In this document: piece after piece, positions 29,925 to 39,092 of the stretch | Layout: the number at the start of each line of letters is the position of its first letter | How positions within the stretch are numbered: the first letter of the stretch is position 1 | Virus record (IMG/VR): IMGVR_UViG_3300026549_000895 | Location: 32,001-96,000 of that record | Origin: a virus | Lineage: Duplodnaviria; Caudoviricetes | Length of the DNA: 64,000 nt | Strand: one strand, 5' to 3' | Translations under genes and position numbers: made by a program | Notes under the pieces: generated by a model | Told to the model about the DNA's origin: nothing | Seen by the model: the letters and a program-made list of their open reading frames with translations, nothing else | Databases searched by the model: none

Positions 29925-29976
29925 GATATATATTATTAATATGAGAAAGAAGAAAATATCTTTCTCATATTAATAT
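29925..29976 (+). promoter_or_regulatory. candidate early promoter with 5' hairpin
   Basis: GATATATATTATTAATATGAGA overlapping inverted repeat ATTAATATGAGAAAGA/TCTTTCTCATATTAAT. Confidence 0.55.
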
Positions 29977-29994
29977 ATGAAAGGAGTTGCCTTT

Positions 29995-30177
29995 ATGAGA
30001 ATTCTTACAGATGAAGAAAGGAAATCATATCCATACTGTTTAGCGGATGACTTTGTCATTATCGAAATCGGAAAATACACATGTACATGTTCACGCATGT
30101 GTGACGAAACATGTGTATATTCCATCACACCCGAACCCGATGAAGAGGGTTTAGAGCTTATAAGGAACTCTCAGTGA
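29995..30177 (+). CDS. small Cys-containing hypothetical protein in its own transcription unit
   Basis: GAAAGGAG SD; promoter upstream; hairpin plus T-run GAACTCTC..GGGAGTTCTTTTTTT downstream. Confidence 0.55.
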   Translation: MRILTDEERKSYPYCLADDFVIIEIGKYTCTCSRMCDETCVYSITPEPDEEGLELIRNSQ

Positions 30178-30214
30178 TGGGAGTTCTTTTTTTATTTGAA
30201 AGGAGCTGTATATA

Positions 30215-31507
30215 ATGGACGCTGACGAAATCATTATAGAATACCGAACTAACAAAGAAAATGAACTTAAAGACATGCAGGCGTGGAAAAGATTTTTACA
30301 AGAAATCAAATATGACCCTAAAACTGCTACAGCAGAATATATTGACAACAATGGAAAGAAATCACGTGTTGCATTTAGAATTGGTCGTGGGTTATATGAC
30401 GGGTCGAAGAGAATTGAAAATGATAGATCGGATCATAATGCATATGATCCTTTATCTAAAGCTTCAAGAATCACAATGATTCCTCATAAAGGATATAAAG
30501 TAGGAGATTATTTACAAACGTTCAAACATGAAGCTTCTCATGTAAATCAATGGGCTGCTGGTGACACCGGAGGTCACATGGATTTATCTAAGTTACATTC
30601 TCAGAAGATGCTAAATTATACAAAAGAATTTATTAAAAATCACCCAGAACTCAATGATCATGACTGCGAACCGAAAGAACTACTTGCTGATTTGAGTGCC
30701 GTTATTACTCAAGGATCTAAGAGTTGGAAACGTACAATGTTAAAGGCGATTAAAGAGGGCCCGTCATATGCAAAAAATCAAGGTAAATTATCCGGTAAAA
30801 GATTTAATGAAGACAAACGAAAAGTCATGGATACATATGATATCTTATTAACGGCTCTCGATTTTTCAATAGATAATAGAAAAACCAATAAGGCCAAAGC
30901 AGAAGGGACGGCTTTCATGTATGGAATACAAAGGAAATATGAAAAATTCTATAAAGATATAATGTATCAATTGGATCATACAGATCTTAAAAATGATCGA
31001 AGCAAATGGTCTAATGAATTACAAAAGCTCGATTCAAATATAAGAAAGTCCATTGAAAGATTGATGGAAATTCTTAGTGATACATCAAAAACAATTCCGA
31101 TTAATAACAAAGAAAATCTCAAAAAGAAGGGGGTATATGACAGAGTTGATTACAGAGATCTCAGACATAAAAAAGAATTAATCCGAGAAATAAATATCAT
31201 TCGCAAAAATGCAAATGCTATGATGACAATTGTCATGAAACACGGAGGATATGGCTTTGATCCAAATAACTATAAAAGAAATTATCAAGATTCATACAGA
31301 GCGAGAATTAAATTCGTTGAACAAGCTTTAAAGGATAAGCCATGGCAAGAATCATACACAGACGATAACAGCATAGAAAATATGTACTGTGAATGTTTAC
31401 TTGAAGAACTTGATTATGACGATGATGAAATATTCATAGAAGAATTCATTGATGAATATATTTCATTATTCGAAGCATATTCTGAAGATATTGAAATAAC
31501 ATGGTAA
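30215..31507 (+). CDS. zincin-like metallopeptidase (HExxH), putative head-packaged protein
   Basis: FKHEASHV plus downstream EPKELLAD; acidic C-terminal tail after WQE-S. Confidence 0.55.
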   Translation: MDADEIIIEYRTNKENELKDMQAWKRFLQEIKYDPKTATAEYIDNNGKKSRVAFRIGRGLYDGSKRIENDRSDHNAYDPLSKASRITMIPHKGYKVGDYLQTFKHEASHVNQWAAGDTGGHMDLSKLHSQKMLNYTKEFIKNHPELNDHDCEPKELLADLSAVITQGSKSWKRTMLKAIKEGPSYAKNQGKLSGKRFNEDKRKVMDTYDILLTALDFSIDNRKTNKAKAEGTAFMYGIQRKYEKFYKDIMYQLDHTDLKNDRSKWSNELQKLDSNIRKSIERLMEILSDTSKTIPINNKENLKKKGVYDRVDYRDLRHKKELIREINIIRKNANAMMTIVMKHGGYGFDPNNYKRNYQDSYRARIKFVEQALKDKPWQESYTDDNSIENMYCECLLEELDYDDDEIFIEEFIDEYISLFEAYSEDIEITW

Positions 31508-31524
31508 GAAAGGAATGAATTTAA

Positions 31525-33237
31525 ATGAGTTATAAAAATAAATTTTATCTGGAAGCTGAGTTAGAGGATGACGATACTGAGCTTGAAGAAGATGAAGATA
31601 TCGAGAAAGGACTCGATGAAGATGATGACGACAATTATGATGACGAGAATGGCTATGATGCTGATGGTGATGACGATGAGTCTGAAAATGACGAATTTGA
31701 TATTGAAGATCCGGACGAAGAAGATGAACCTCGTCCGATGACATATGATGATCTCGATGAATATGATGATACATCTGAAGATGAAGAGGATGATATGTCA
31801 GATTTCGGATCTGATGATTCTGATATCAACAATGACTATGATCCGAAAGATGCTGATGCATTGAACAAACTCATATCGTCAGAGGCTTCTGCAGTCCAGG
31901 AGTATCTTGATGCTAATATGGAAACATCAAATGATAATCTTCGTAGGTTATATGTTGATATTGCCAATGAGGAAAGATTCCATATCGAGCAATTAATGTA
32001 TGCTAAGGCTAAACTCACTGGCGAGAAGTATGAACCATCTGATCCTAAGGTTAAACGTGAATACGAGGAACTCTGTAATTCAGGAATGGATGAAGAATCC
32101 GCAATGTCTACGGCATGTGATAAATGTGCAATATCCAATGACAAGTATTATACAAATGATTCTATCAATGACATCATCGATGACATTGACGATTTCACAG
32201 AATCATTTGTTGAATCAGTTGCCAATAACCTCACTCTTGCATCATTGAATGATACTCAGGAAGTATATATGGAATACGCTGATATGTTCTATATGGAAGG
32301 TATACAGAATGCGACTGATGAGTCTGTCAAGAATAGCAACAAAGTTCATCCTATCAGATTCATCATTAAGACATTTACGGGTATAATCAAATTCATTCGT
32401 AAGATAGTTACTCGTATTAGAGAATTCCTCAGAAAAGTTCATATTAAAGATATGAACAAAATAAACTGGATAAAGAAGCATGGTATAAAGGATCTATTCA
32501 AAGAAGGTATCTGGTTATATACATGGAGTGATAAAGGTGATCATGGTGAAAACGTAAGAGCTTTGTATCAGTATCTTGATTTGTTTGACAGAGTAATGGC
32601 TACTATTCAGAATTCTATGCATGACAAGAAAGAAGCACTTCCTGTTACACAAACAAGAGTCAATGCAAAGGTTCCTAATCCAATAAAATTCAAGAACATT
32701 GAACATGGTGTCAGAATACTAAGAAATGTTATTTTCTCAAAAGAGAAGGTGCTAATCACTGAGAATAATGAACAGGATCTCGAGAAAATATTCTTTGGTA
32801 TAACCGATAATGGAACATCTGGTCCTTCATGGAATATTTACAATTTCCTTGATATACTTTCAAATGGTTTTGAAAGTCTGAGTAAAGATTGTGAACAGTT
32901 GCTTCAGGATCTCCAGGATCTCGAAGGAAACTATGACAGCGTATACTCAAAGAACCCGAAGCTGTATAATCTGTTGATATCTTCAACAAAGGGATTATCA
33001 AAAGAATTTGGTAAGTTCTCCAAAATCATTACTCATGATACAACAACTATCATGCAGCTCAACTCCGGTTTGTATGAGCTCATGAAAGAATATGATGAAT
33101 CCAAGAAATACAACAAAGGAGAATCCGAAGAAGCTCAGGAAGATATTGCAAATAACAAGTTCCAGAAAAAGAAAACTTCCGAAGATCTCAAGAGATATTA
33201 TCCTGGGATTGATGAAAATCGTGAACCTGGTGAATGA
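31525..33237 (+). CDS. putative internal head protein with acidic tract and ferritin-like domain
   Basis: D/E-rich N-terminus; LISSEASAVQEY...DIANEERFHIEQL (ExxH diiron-type); FYME-G followed by amphipathic helix. Confidence 0.55.
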   Translation: MSYKNKFYLEAELEDDDTELEEDEDIEKGLDEDDDDNYDDENGYDADGDDDESENDEFDIEDPDEEDEPRPMTYDDLDEYDDTSEDEEDDMSDFGSDDSDINNDYDPKDADALNKLISSEASAVQEYLDANMETSNDNLRRLYVDIANEERFHIEQLMYAKAKLTGEKYEPSDPKVKREYEELCNSGMDEESAMSTACDKCAISNDKYYTNDSINDIIDDIDDFTESFVESVANNLTLASLNDTQEVYMEYADMFYMEGIQNATDESVKNSNKVHPIRFIIKTFTGIIKFIRKIVTRIREFLRKVHIKDMNKINWIKKHGIKDLFKEGIWLYTWSDKGDHGENVRALYQYLDLFDRVMATIQNSMHDKKEALPVTQTRVNAKVPNPIKFKNIEHGVRILRNVIFSKEKVLITENNEQDLEKIFFGITDNGTSGPSWNIYNFLDILSNGFESLSKDCEQLLQDLQDLEGNYDSVYSKNPKLYNLLISSTKGLSKEFGKFSKIITHDTTTIMQLNSGLYELMKEYDESKKYNKGESEEAQEDIANNKFQKKKTSEDLKRYYPGIDENREPGE

Positions 33238-33242
33238 TATAA

Positions 33243-33274
33243 ATCCCCCGGGAAACCGGGGGAATATCTTTTTT
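33243..33274 (+). terminator. intrinsic terminator
   Basis: TCCCCCGG-GAAA-CCGGGGGA then TCTTTTTT. Confidence 0.75.
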
Positions 33275-33276
33275 GT

Positions 33277-33297
33277 ATTTATATACTTATTATGAGA
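33277..33297 (+). promoter_or_regulatory. candidate early promoter
   Basis: ATTTATATACTTATTATGAGA followed by ACGAGA..TCTCGT hairpin. Confidence 0.45.
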
Positions 33298-33345
33298 AAC
33301 GAGAATATCATATCTCGTAATATATTAAAAGGATAGGTGATCTTA

Positions 33346-33570
33346 ATGAAAATGTATATTGATAATGGTGCTAATGCACTGACCCAAGGAAGACATGCTT
33401 TGACTCCTGCTGATACTCATGGAGCATTGTCATTCACTACGATAATGAATGAAATTGTGAGTGGTGAATTCCAGTGTGGTTCTAAACAACCATTCCCAAT
33501 AGTTTTCGAAAATGATAAACTTCCATGGGGTGAAAAGACTGAATCCCCGTGGGATAAGATTGAATATTAA
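33346..33570 (+). CDS. small hypothetical protein
   Basis: AGGTGA SD; 74 aa. Confidence 0.55.
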   Translation: MKMYIDNGANALTQGRHALTPADTHGALSFTTIMNEIVSGEFQCGSKQPFPIVFENDKLPWGEKTESPWDKIEY

Positions 33571-33595
33571 TGATTAATATGAAAGGAGAATCAAA

Positions 33596-36500
33596 ATGTC
33601 TGTAACAAAAGAACAACTTGATGAATATCTAAAAGCTTACCAAGCAGGTAAACCTCTTATAGATGACGAAGAAGTTTGGTGTACAATACATTATCGAGAT
33701 ATACACAATGATATGTATGAAGTATCCAATTATGGCAGAATTCGTAGAAAAGATACTTTAAAACTAATGTGTCCGAATGTCCGAGGAAATGGATATGTAT
33801 ATGTTAGATTAAGTCTAAATGAATGTGGTAAAAGTAGAATATTCACAATACATAGATTAGTAGCATTTCATTTCTGTGAAGGATATTGTGAAAAAACAAC
33901 AAATATTGTTAATCACAAAGATGGAAATAAATTGAATAATTTTTATGTAAATTTGGAATGGTGTACGCAAAAGCACAATAGTCAACATGCTGTTGATACA
34001 GGACTTCGTGAAATACGATATGGTGATGATAGCAATAGGCATTTTGTTTCATCTGTGTTGGTAGAACGAATATGTCAGATGTTGATTGAATATGATGGCT
34101 CTATAAAACCGATATTAACCATACTAAAAACCGAAGGAATTTATTGTACTTTTGGCATCATTGAAAGCATCAAGCAAAAAGAAACATGGATTCATATTTC
34201 TGATAAATATTTTAATAAAGGATATTTCGATGAGTTGAAAAACAATGATATTAGAACAATATGCGAAAATATTAAAAAATATAATGGCAATAGAAAAAAT
34301 ATCATGGAACATACAAAGCTCAAATCGGTTAAATTAAATAAAAAGATGCTGGATAATATTATTGAGAAACGGCTTTACAAGAAGATTTCTGACGAATATT
34401 TCGACAAAGATGCATATCTTACAAAGAAATTCTTTTCGGAAAATGATGTTAGGCGTATATGTGAATTATTAGTAAAATACAAAGGAGATGTAAAAATGGT
34501 TTTTAATAACTTAAAAGATTCGATTCCGAATGCAACAATAGACCGAATATCCGATATTAAGCATAAGGGATCATACGAAAGCATTTCTAATGAATATTTT
34601 GAACGAGGAGAGTTCAACCAAATATGTACTGAAGATCTCGATTTTATTAGAGAACTTTTAATGACAAAAACAATCTCTTATTCGCCGTTAAAATTATATG
34701 AAATATTGAATCATGAAAAATATCCAAGATTAACAATCAGCGTCATCGGAATGATTAGCAGATGTTCCCATGATGTGTATAATCAGTCAAACAAGATGCA
34801 AATCGAAAAATTCATTAAAAATAAAGAAAATGGAGTAACCGTTCCTATATCAAAAGAAACGTTATCTAAATTAATAGCTTCATATTCATCGGGTTTTAGT
34901 GATATAACCGATACGGGATATGACGCACTTCTTGAAGAATATCTGAAAAAACATGGAGAATCTCTCAGGCCGTTCTTGAGACAATCTCAGACTGAATCCA
35001 TTGCAGATATTGTCTCAACGCTCCCAAAAGTATATGGTATTAGCGTTCCTATGAGGCAAGGTCAAGCAACATATGAGGAATGGCGACACAAACATGAATT
35101 CAAATCAGCCATAAAAGTTATACAACCAAAATTTGATGGTTGTTCTGTTGCATATGATTTGAAAGCAAAGAGATTCTTTACAAGAGGAGATACTGATAAT
35201 GGAGAATCCGTTGATGTTACTGATTTATTTTCTAAACATGATTTGAATGAAAAGAATCTGAATGAATTTGATGCCATAAAGTTTGAAGCTATTCTTTCAA
35301 GGCAAGTTTATAATGAAGCATTTTCAGATTTATATAAACGACCAAGAGATGTAGTAGCGGCTGTTATTCATTCCAGAGATAAAGAGTTGGCTAAATATAT
35401 CACTTTGATTCCATTAAGAAAGATAAAAGATAAGAAATTATACTTATCCGATACTTTACAAGAGTTATCTCTGACTTTCCAAACTCTTAATCAGATAGAA
35501 GAATTTGATACTATTCAAAATTTCATTGATGAAATATTATCAGCTAATGCAACTCGTTGTTTTCAATATCAAACATTTGAATGCGATGGAGTTGTACTAT
35601 CCAATGTTAATAGTTCCAATGAAGTATTGATAGAAGAGATAGCTATAAAGATTCTGAATTTACAGAAGAAAACCAAATTGAAGAAAGTTATTTTCTCAAT
35701 GGGAAAATCTGGAAGGGTAACTCCTGTTGCTGAAGTTGAACCTGTTAAATTCGATGCAGTCACAGTTTCAAATATCTCATTGGAGAATCTGAATAGAATG
35801 ACTGAACTTAGACTAAGAGACGGAGACACTGTGAATATTATGTATAACATCAGACCTTATCTTTTATCATCTGACCATGATGGTGGCCATGAAATTCCGA
35901 TACCTGACAGATGTCCGATATGTGGTTATAAATTAACACGACTTGGACCAGAGCTCGTAGGATGTGAGAATCCGAATTGTAGAGGAAATGAAATAGGTTC
36001 AATAGTCAGATATTGTCAGAACATGAAAATGTATGGAATATCTACATCGACGGTTGAAACTCTATATGACGCTGGACTTATCAAATCAATATCTGATTTA
36101 TATCATCTGAAAGCAGAAGACATATCCAAACTCGATAGATTCGGTAATATCTCTGCTGCAAATATTGTCAGGTCAATAAGAAAAGCATCTACTAATGTGA
36201 ATCCGTTAAGATGGTTATCATCATTACCCTGTAGAAACATTGGTTTGAAAACATGGATGCTAATTCAGAAAGGTGCTTTCGAAGATGATAATCTGAGACT
36301 TGGTAATATTCTGAAAGACGTGTGTAAACAAGAAACTCCTGATATGTTCATAGAAGAACTTTGTAAGCCAGTATTTGGTGTTGATGATTTAACACTCAAT
36401 GCAATCAGAGTTGGAGTTACGTATGCTTGGAAAGATATTCGAGAGATGATTCAATACATTACATTCACAGCATTGACTCCAATGAAGCATTCAAAGGGAA

Positions 36501-36700
36501 CTGTTGTATTATCAGGAACTCGTGACAGACTACTGATAGAGTATCTTGAATCCGCTGGATATGAAGTATCAGATTCATTTAAATCCGATGCTAAATATGT
36601 TATCGTTCCAAACTTAAATTTCTCATCTTCAAAAACTAAGAAAGCACGTGAGAAAGGTATACCGGTTATAAATGCTGAATCAGCTCTTAAACTTTCTTAA
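33596..36700 (+). CDS. ligA: NAD-dependent DNA ligase with in-frame HNH endonuclease insertion
   Basis: QPKFDGCS (KxDG), TRGD, FEA, CDGVV, IAIK, G.SGRVTPV, CPIC..C.NPNC Zn finger, HhH repeats, C-terminal BRCT. Confidence 0.9.
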   Translation: MSVTKEQLDEYLKAYQAGKPLIDDEEVWCTIHYRDIHNDMYEVSNYGRIRRKDTLKLMCPNVRGNGYVYVRLSLNECGKSRIFTIHRLVAFHFCEGYCEKTTNIVNHKDGNKLNNFYVNLEWCTQKHNSQHAVDTGLREIRYGDDSNRHFVSSVLVERICQMLIEYDGSIKPILTILKTEGIYCTFGIIESIKQKETWIHISDKYFNKGYFDELKNNDIRTICENIKKYNGNRKNIMEHTKLKSVKLNKKMLDNIIEKRLYKKISDEYFDKDAYLTKKFFSENDVRRICELLVKYKGDVKMVFNNLKDSIPNATIDRISDIKHKGSYESISNEYFERGEFNQICTEDLDFIRELLMTKTISYSPLKLYEILNHEKYPRLTISVIGMISRCSHDVYNQSNKMQIEKFIKNKENGVTVPISKETLSKLIASYSSGFSDITDTGYDALLEEYLKKHGESLRPFLRQSQTESIADIVSTLPKVYGISVPMRQGQATYEEWRHKHEFKSAIKVIQPKFDGCSVAYDLKAKRFFTRGDTDNGESVDVTDLFSKHDLNEKNLNEFDAIKFEAILSRQVYNEAFSDLYKRPRDVVAAVIHSRDKELAKYITLIPLRKIKDKKLYLSDTLQELSLTFQTLNQIEEFDTIQNFIDEILSANATRCFQYQTFECDGVVLSNVNSSNEVLIEEIAIKILNLQKKTKLKKVIFSMGKSGRVTPVAEVEPVKFDAVTVSNISLENLNRMTELRLRDGDTVNIMYNIRPYLLSSDHDGGHEIPIPDRCPICGYKLTRLGPELVGCENPNCRGNEIGSIVRYCQNMKMYGISTSTVETLYDAGLIKSISDLYHLKAEDISKLDRFGNISAANIVRSIRKASTNVNPLRWLSSLPCRNIGLKTWMLIQKGAFEDDNLRLGNILKDVCKQETPDMFIEELCKPVFGVDDLTLNAIRVGVTYAWKDIREMIQYITFTALTPMKHSKGTVVLSGTRDRLLIEYLESAGYEVSDSFKSDAKYVIVPNLNFSSSKTKKAREKGIPVINAESALKLS
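33674..34918 (+). mobile_element. NUMOD4-HNH homing endonuclease inserted in-frame in ligA
   Basis: YEVSNYGRIR...IHRLVA...VNHKDGNKLNN..NLEWCT..N; three to four helical repeats (ICE.L.KY.G...ISDKYF); lies between ligase DDEE and YDAL. Confidence 0.8.
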
Positions 36701-36713
36701 AGTTATTTTACGA

Positions 36714-36737
36714 TGTACCCGGAAACCTCCGGGTACA
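36714..36737 (+). terminator. hairpin / terminator
   Basis: TGTACCCGGA-AACC-TCCGGGTACA. Confidence 0.6.
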
Positions 36738-36764
36738 CGTTTATTTCATGAAAGGAGAAAATTC

Positions 36765-37253
36765 ATGATTGTAATGTCAGGTAATGTTTTGGAGACTCCG
36801 ATTGAAATTATAGCTCATCAGGTTAATTGCCAAGGAGTCATGGGAGCGGGTCTTGCAAAACAAATAAAAGATAAATATCCGAAGGTATATACATGGTATC
36901 GAACCAAATGTCATAAACACTTGTTCGGACACAAAACTCTTGGAACTGGTCAAATAGTACCAACTGATGATGGGCATACTTTTTTCAATATATTCGCCCA
37001 AGATGGATATGGAACAACCATAAGACAAACTGATTACAACGCTTTCAAATCGGCATTCAAAGATGCAATTGATACATACAGATTCTTCGCAAATGATGCT
37101 TTATCAAATTTGGAAATTGCAATTCCATATAAAATTGGATGTGGATTAGCCGGAGGAGATTGGAAAGTCATACGTGCAATTTTAGGACAAATTGAAAAGG
37201 AATGTAATGTAACATTTTATATTTATAAATTAAGGAGTGATAAATATGAATAA
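36765..37253 (+). CDS. macrodomain (ADP-ribose processing) protein
   Basis: IIAHQVNCQGVMGAGLAKQI and PYKIGCGLAGGDW; start at ATG 36765 after GAAAGGAG. Confidence 0.88.
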   Translation: MIVMSGNVLETPIEIIAHQVNCQGVMGAGLAKQIKDKYPKVYTWYRTKCHKHLFGHKTLGTGQIVPTDDGHTFFNIFAQDGYGTTIRQTDYNAFKSAFKDAIDTYRFFANDALSNLEIAIPYKIGCGLAGGDWKVIRAILGQIEKECNVTFYIYKLRSDKYE

Positions 37254-37959
37254 AATCCCAGAAGGTAAACAAGGAAAGCTTTGTCATGATGCAGTATCCG
37301 AACAGAAAACTGTAATCTCTACAATGCTGAATAATTGTGAGAAAGCAAATCATAACATTTATGTTGTAACTGATTTACATTTATTCAAACGACTCGAAAA
37401 AGGTAAGTCAGTGTGTAAAAGAAGATATAATTTCTCCGAAGTCTTAAAGAATTACAAAAACACTGTAAAAGATGACGATGTTGTTATCTTTCTTGGAGAC
37501 TTGTGTGATGGAGAGTTGTATAGTCCAAATGAACTATCCGAAATAATATTATCATTACCCGGAAAGAAAATCCTTGTTCTTGGTAATAACGATTTGTTCG
37601 GATTCGATAAATATCGTGATATGGGATTTAAAATAGTTACATATTCTTTCATATGGAGGAATATAGTATTCTCTCACTATCCTCTTGTAAATACTCAATC
37701 AGTTAATGTACATGGTCATCTTCACAATTGTAAGCAGTATTGGATACCTTATCAGAATCAGATAGATGCTGCTTATTGTGATGCTCGTGTTAAGCCGGTT
37801 CTTCTGAAAACTGTCATAGCAGCACAACCAGAATACTCCAAACATATAACAGTCAAGGAAGAAAACTTCTTCAAAGAACAAGCTGGAAATCTTGATATTG
37901 ATGGAATGGCTGAATACTATGATTACAATGTTTTGTTCAGAGATCCAGTAGATGACTAA
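37246..37959 (+). CDS. calcineurin-like metallophosphoesterase
   Basis: TDLH, LGDL, LGNND, FSHYP, VHGHLH motifs. Confidence 0.82.
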   Translation: MNKIPEGKQGKLCHDAVSEQKTVISTMLNNCEKANHNIYVVTDLHLFKRLEKGKSVCKRRYNFSEVLKNYKNTVKDDDVVIFLGDLCDGELYSPNELSEIILSLPGKKILVLGNNDLFGFDKYRDMGFKIVTYSFIWRNIVFSHYPLVNTQSVNVHGHLHNCKQYWIPYQNQIDAAYCDARVKPVLLKTVIAAQPEYSKHITVKEENFFKEQAGNLDIDGMAEYYDYNVLFRDPVDD

Positions 37960-37976
37960 GGAAGGAAACCTGATAA

Positions 37977-39041
37977 ATGTATGCATTCATAGCGGACGTA
38001 CATCTTGGAGTGAATCTAAAGAATGAAGACTTTATGAAGTCACTCGATATGCTACTCGATATAATACGTAAACACAAAGAACCTTGTCATTGCATCTTTG
38101 TGTGCGGAGACTTATTCGATCATCGTCTTAATATAGACGAATATAAGTTTGCCACGAAGTTTCTTTTGAAATTGGTGTGCAATAACTTATCCAGAGATAT
38201 AGACAAATCTCATATACCCGTTCATTTTATAAAGGGAACTGATTCTCATGATTGTGGTCAATATGATATATTCATACCCATGTTATATAAATTGAATGGT
38301 AATGTATATTATGCGAAAGAGAACAATGAATACGTTAATGAAGTCGGTCATCGTATTCTATATCTTCCACAATTATATCACAACGTGAATTATGATGAGA
38401 TATTCTCACAATCATATGATATCATTGTTGGACATGGACCGATGTCATCTGCAACAATGTCTCCATGTAAATGCGCTAACTATGAGATTCTTCAATCAGC
38501 AGATAAGTTGGGCTCTATTTCAAAAATATGTGTCTTTGGACATTACCATGGATTTACTGATTTTGGAAATAATGTATTTTATACTGGGCCATTACTCAGA
38601 TGGCAATTTGGTCAACCTGAGAAACGAGTATTCACATTGTGTGATGATAATTTCAATATGGAAACTTATGACAATCCATATGCAATTGAATATAAGAAAC
38701 AAAATATATCTGATGTGGAGAGTTTGAGAAATCAAATCTCACAGGGTATAACAACCCCTGTCAGATTCATTATTGATGTAAATCAAGATACAAATATGGA
38801 AGAATATTATGCAATAATGAATCTGACAAAGAACAATAAGAACATTTCATATCAGATAAAGACTTCTGTTATTGAAGAATCTGATAATGAGAATGAACCA
38901 GTCGTAGAACATGAGACCACAATTGTTTCCTCCGATATTGTTGATCGTGTAGAATCATTGATTCAATATGTTTCTGAAAAATATAAAACCGATACAGCTA
39001 AAGAAATCAGAGAATATGAATCCAAAATAAAACAGGAGTGA
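37977..39041 (+). CDS. sbcD: SbcD/Mre11-like nuclease
   Basis: ADVHLG, CGDLFD, GTDSHD, VGHG, FGHYH motifs; adjacent to recombinase. Confidence 0.8.
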   Translation: MYAFIADVHLGVNLKNEDFMKSLDMLLDIIRKHKEPCHCIFVCGDLFDHRLNIDEYKFATKFLLKLVCNNLSRDIDKSHIPVHFIKGTDSHDCGQYDIFIPMLYKLNGNVYYAKENNEYVNEVGHRILYLPQLYHNVNYDEIFSQSYDIIVGHGPMSSATMSPCKCANYEILQSADKLGSISKICVFGHYHGFTDFGNNVFYTGPLLRWQFGQPEKRVFTLCDDNFNMETYDNPYAIEYKKQNISDVESLRNQISQGITTPVRFIIDVNQDTNMEEYYAIMNLTKNNKNISYQIKTSVIEESDNENEPVVEHETTIVSSDIVDRVESLIQYVSEKYKTDTAKEIREYESKIKQE

Positions 39042-39092
39042 TTTTTGGACAATATCTTACTATTGTATTTTATGGAAGGAATGATTTAATAA

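Noticed and set aside
33674-34918. Intein or group I intron explanation for the ligase insertion
   Set aside because: Insert begins with Val and ends with Gly before Tyr (no C/S...HN|C/S/T). I found no Q/R/S intron elements like those at 8798-9965, and the whole insert is coding.
33668-34921. Ribosomal bypassing (T4 gene 60-like) across the insert
   Set aside because: No stop codon after the take-off site and no matching take-off/landing codons (GAA vs GGA).
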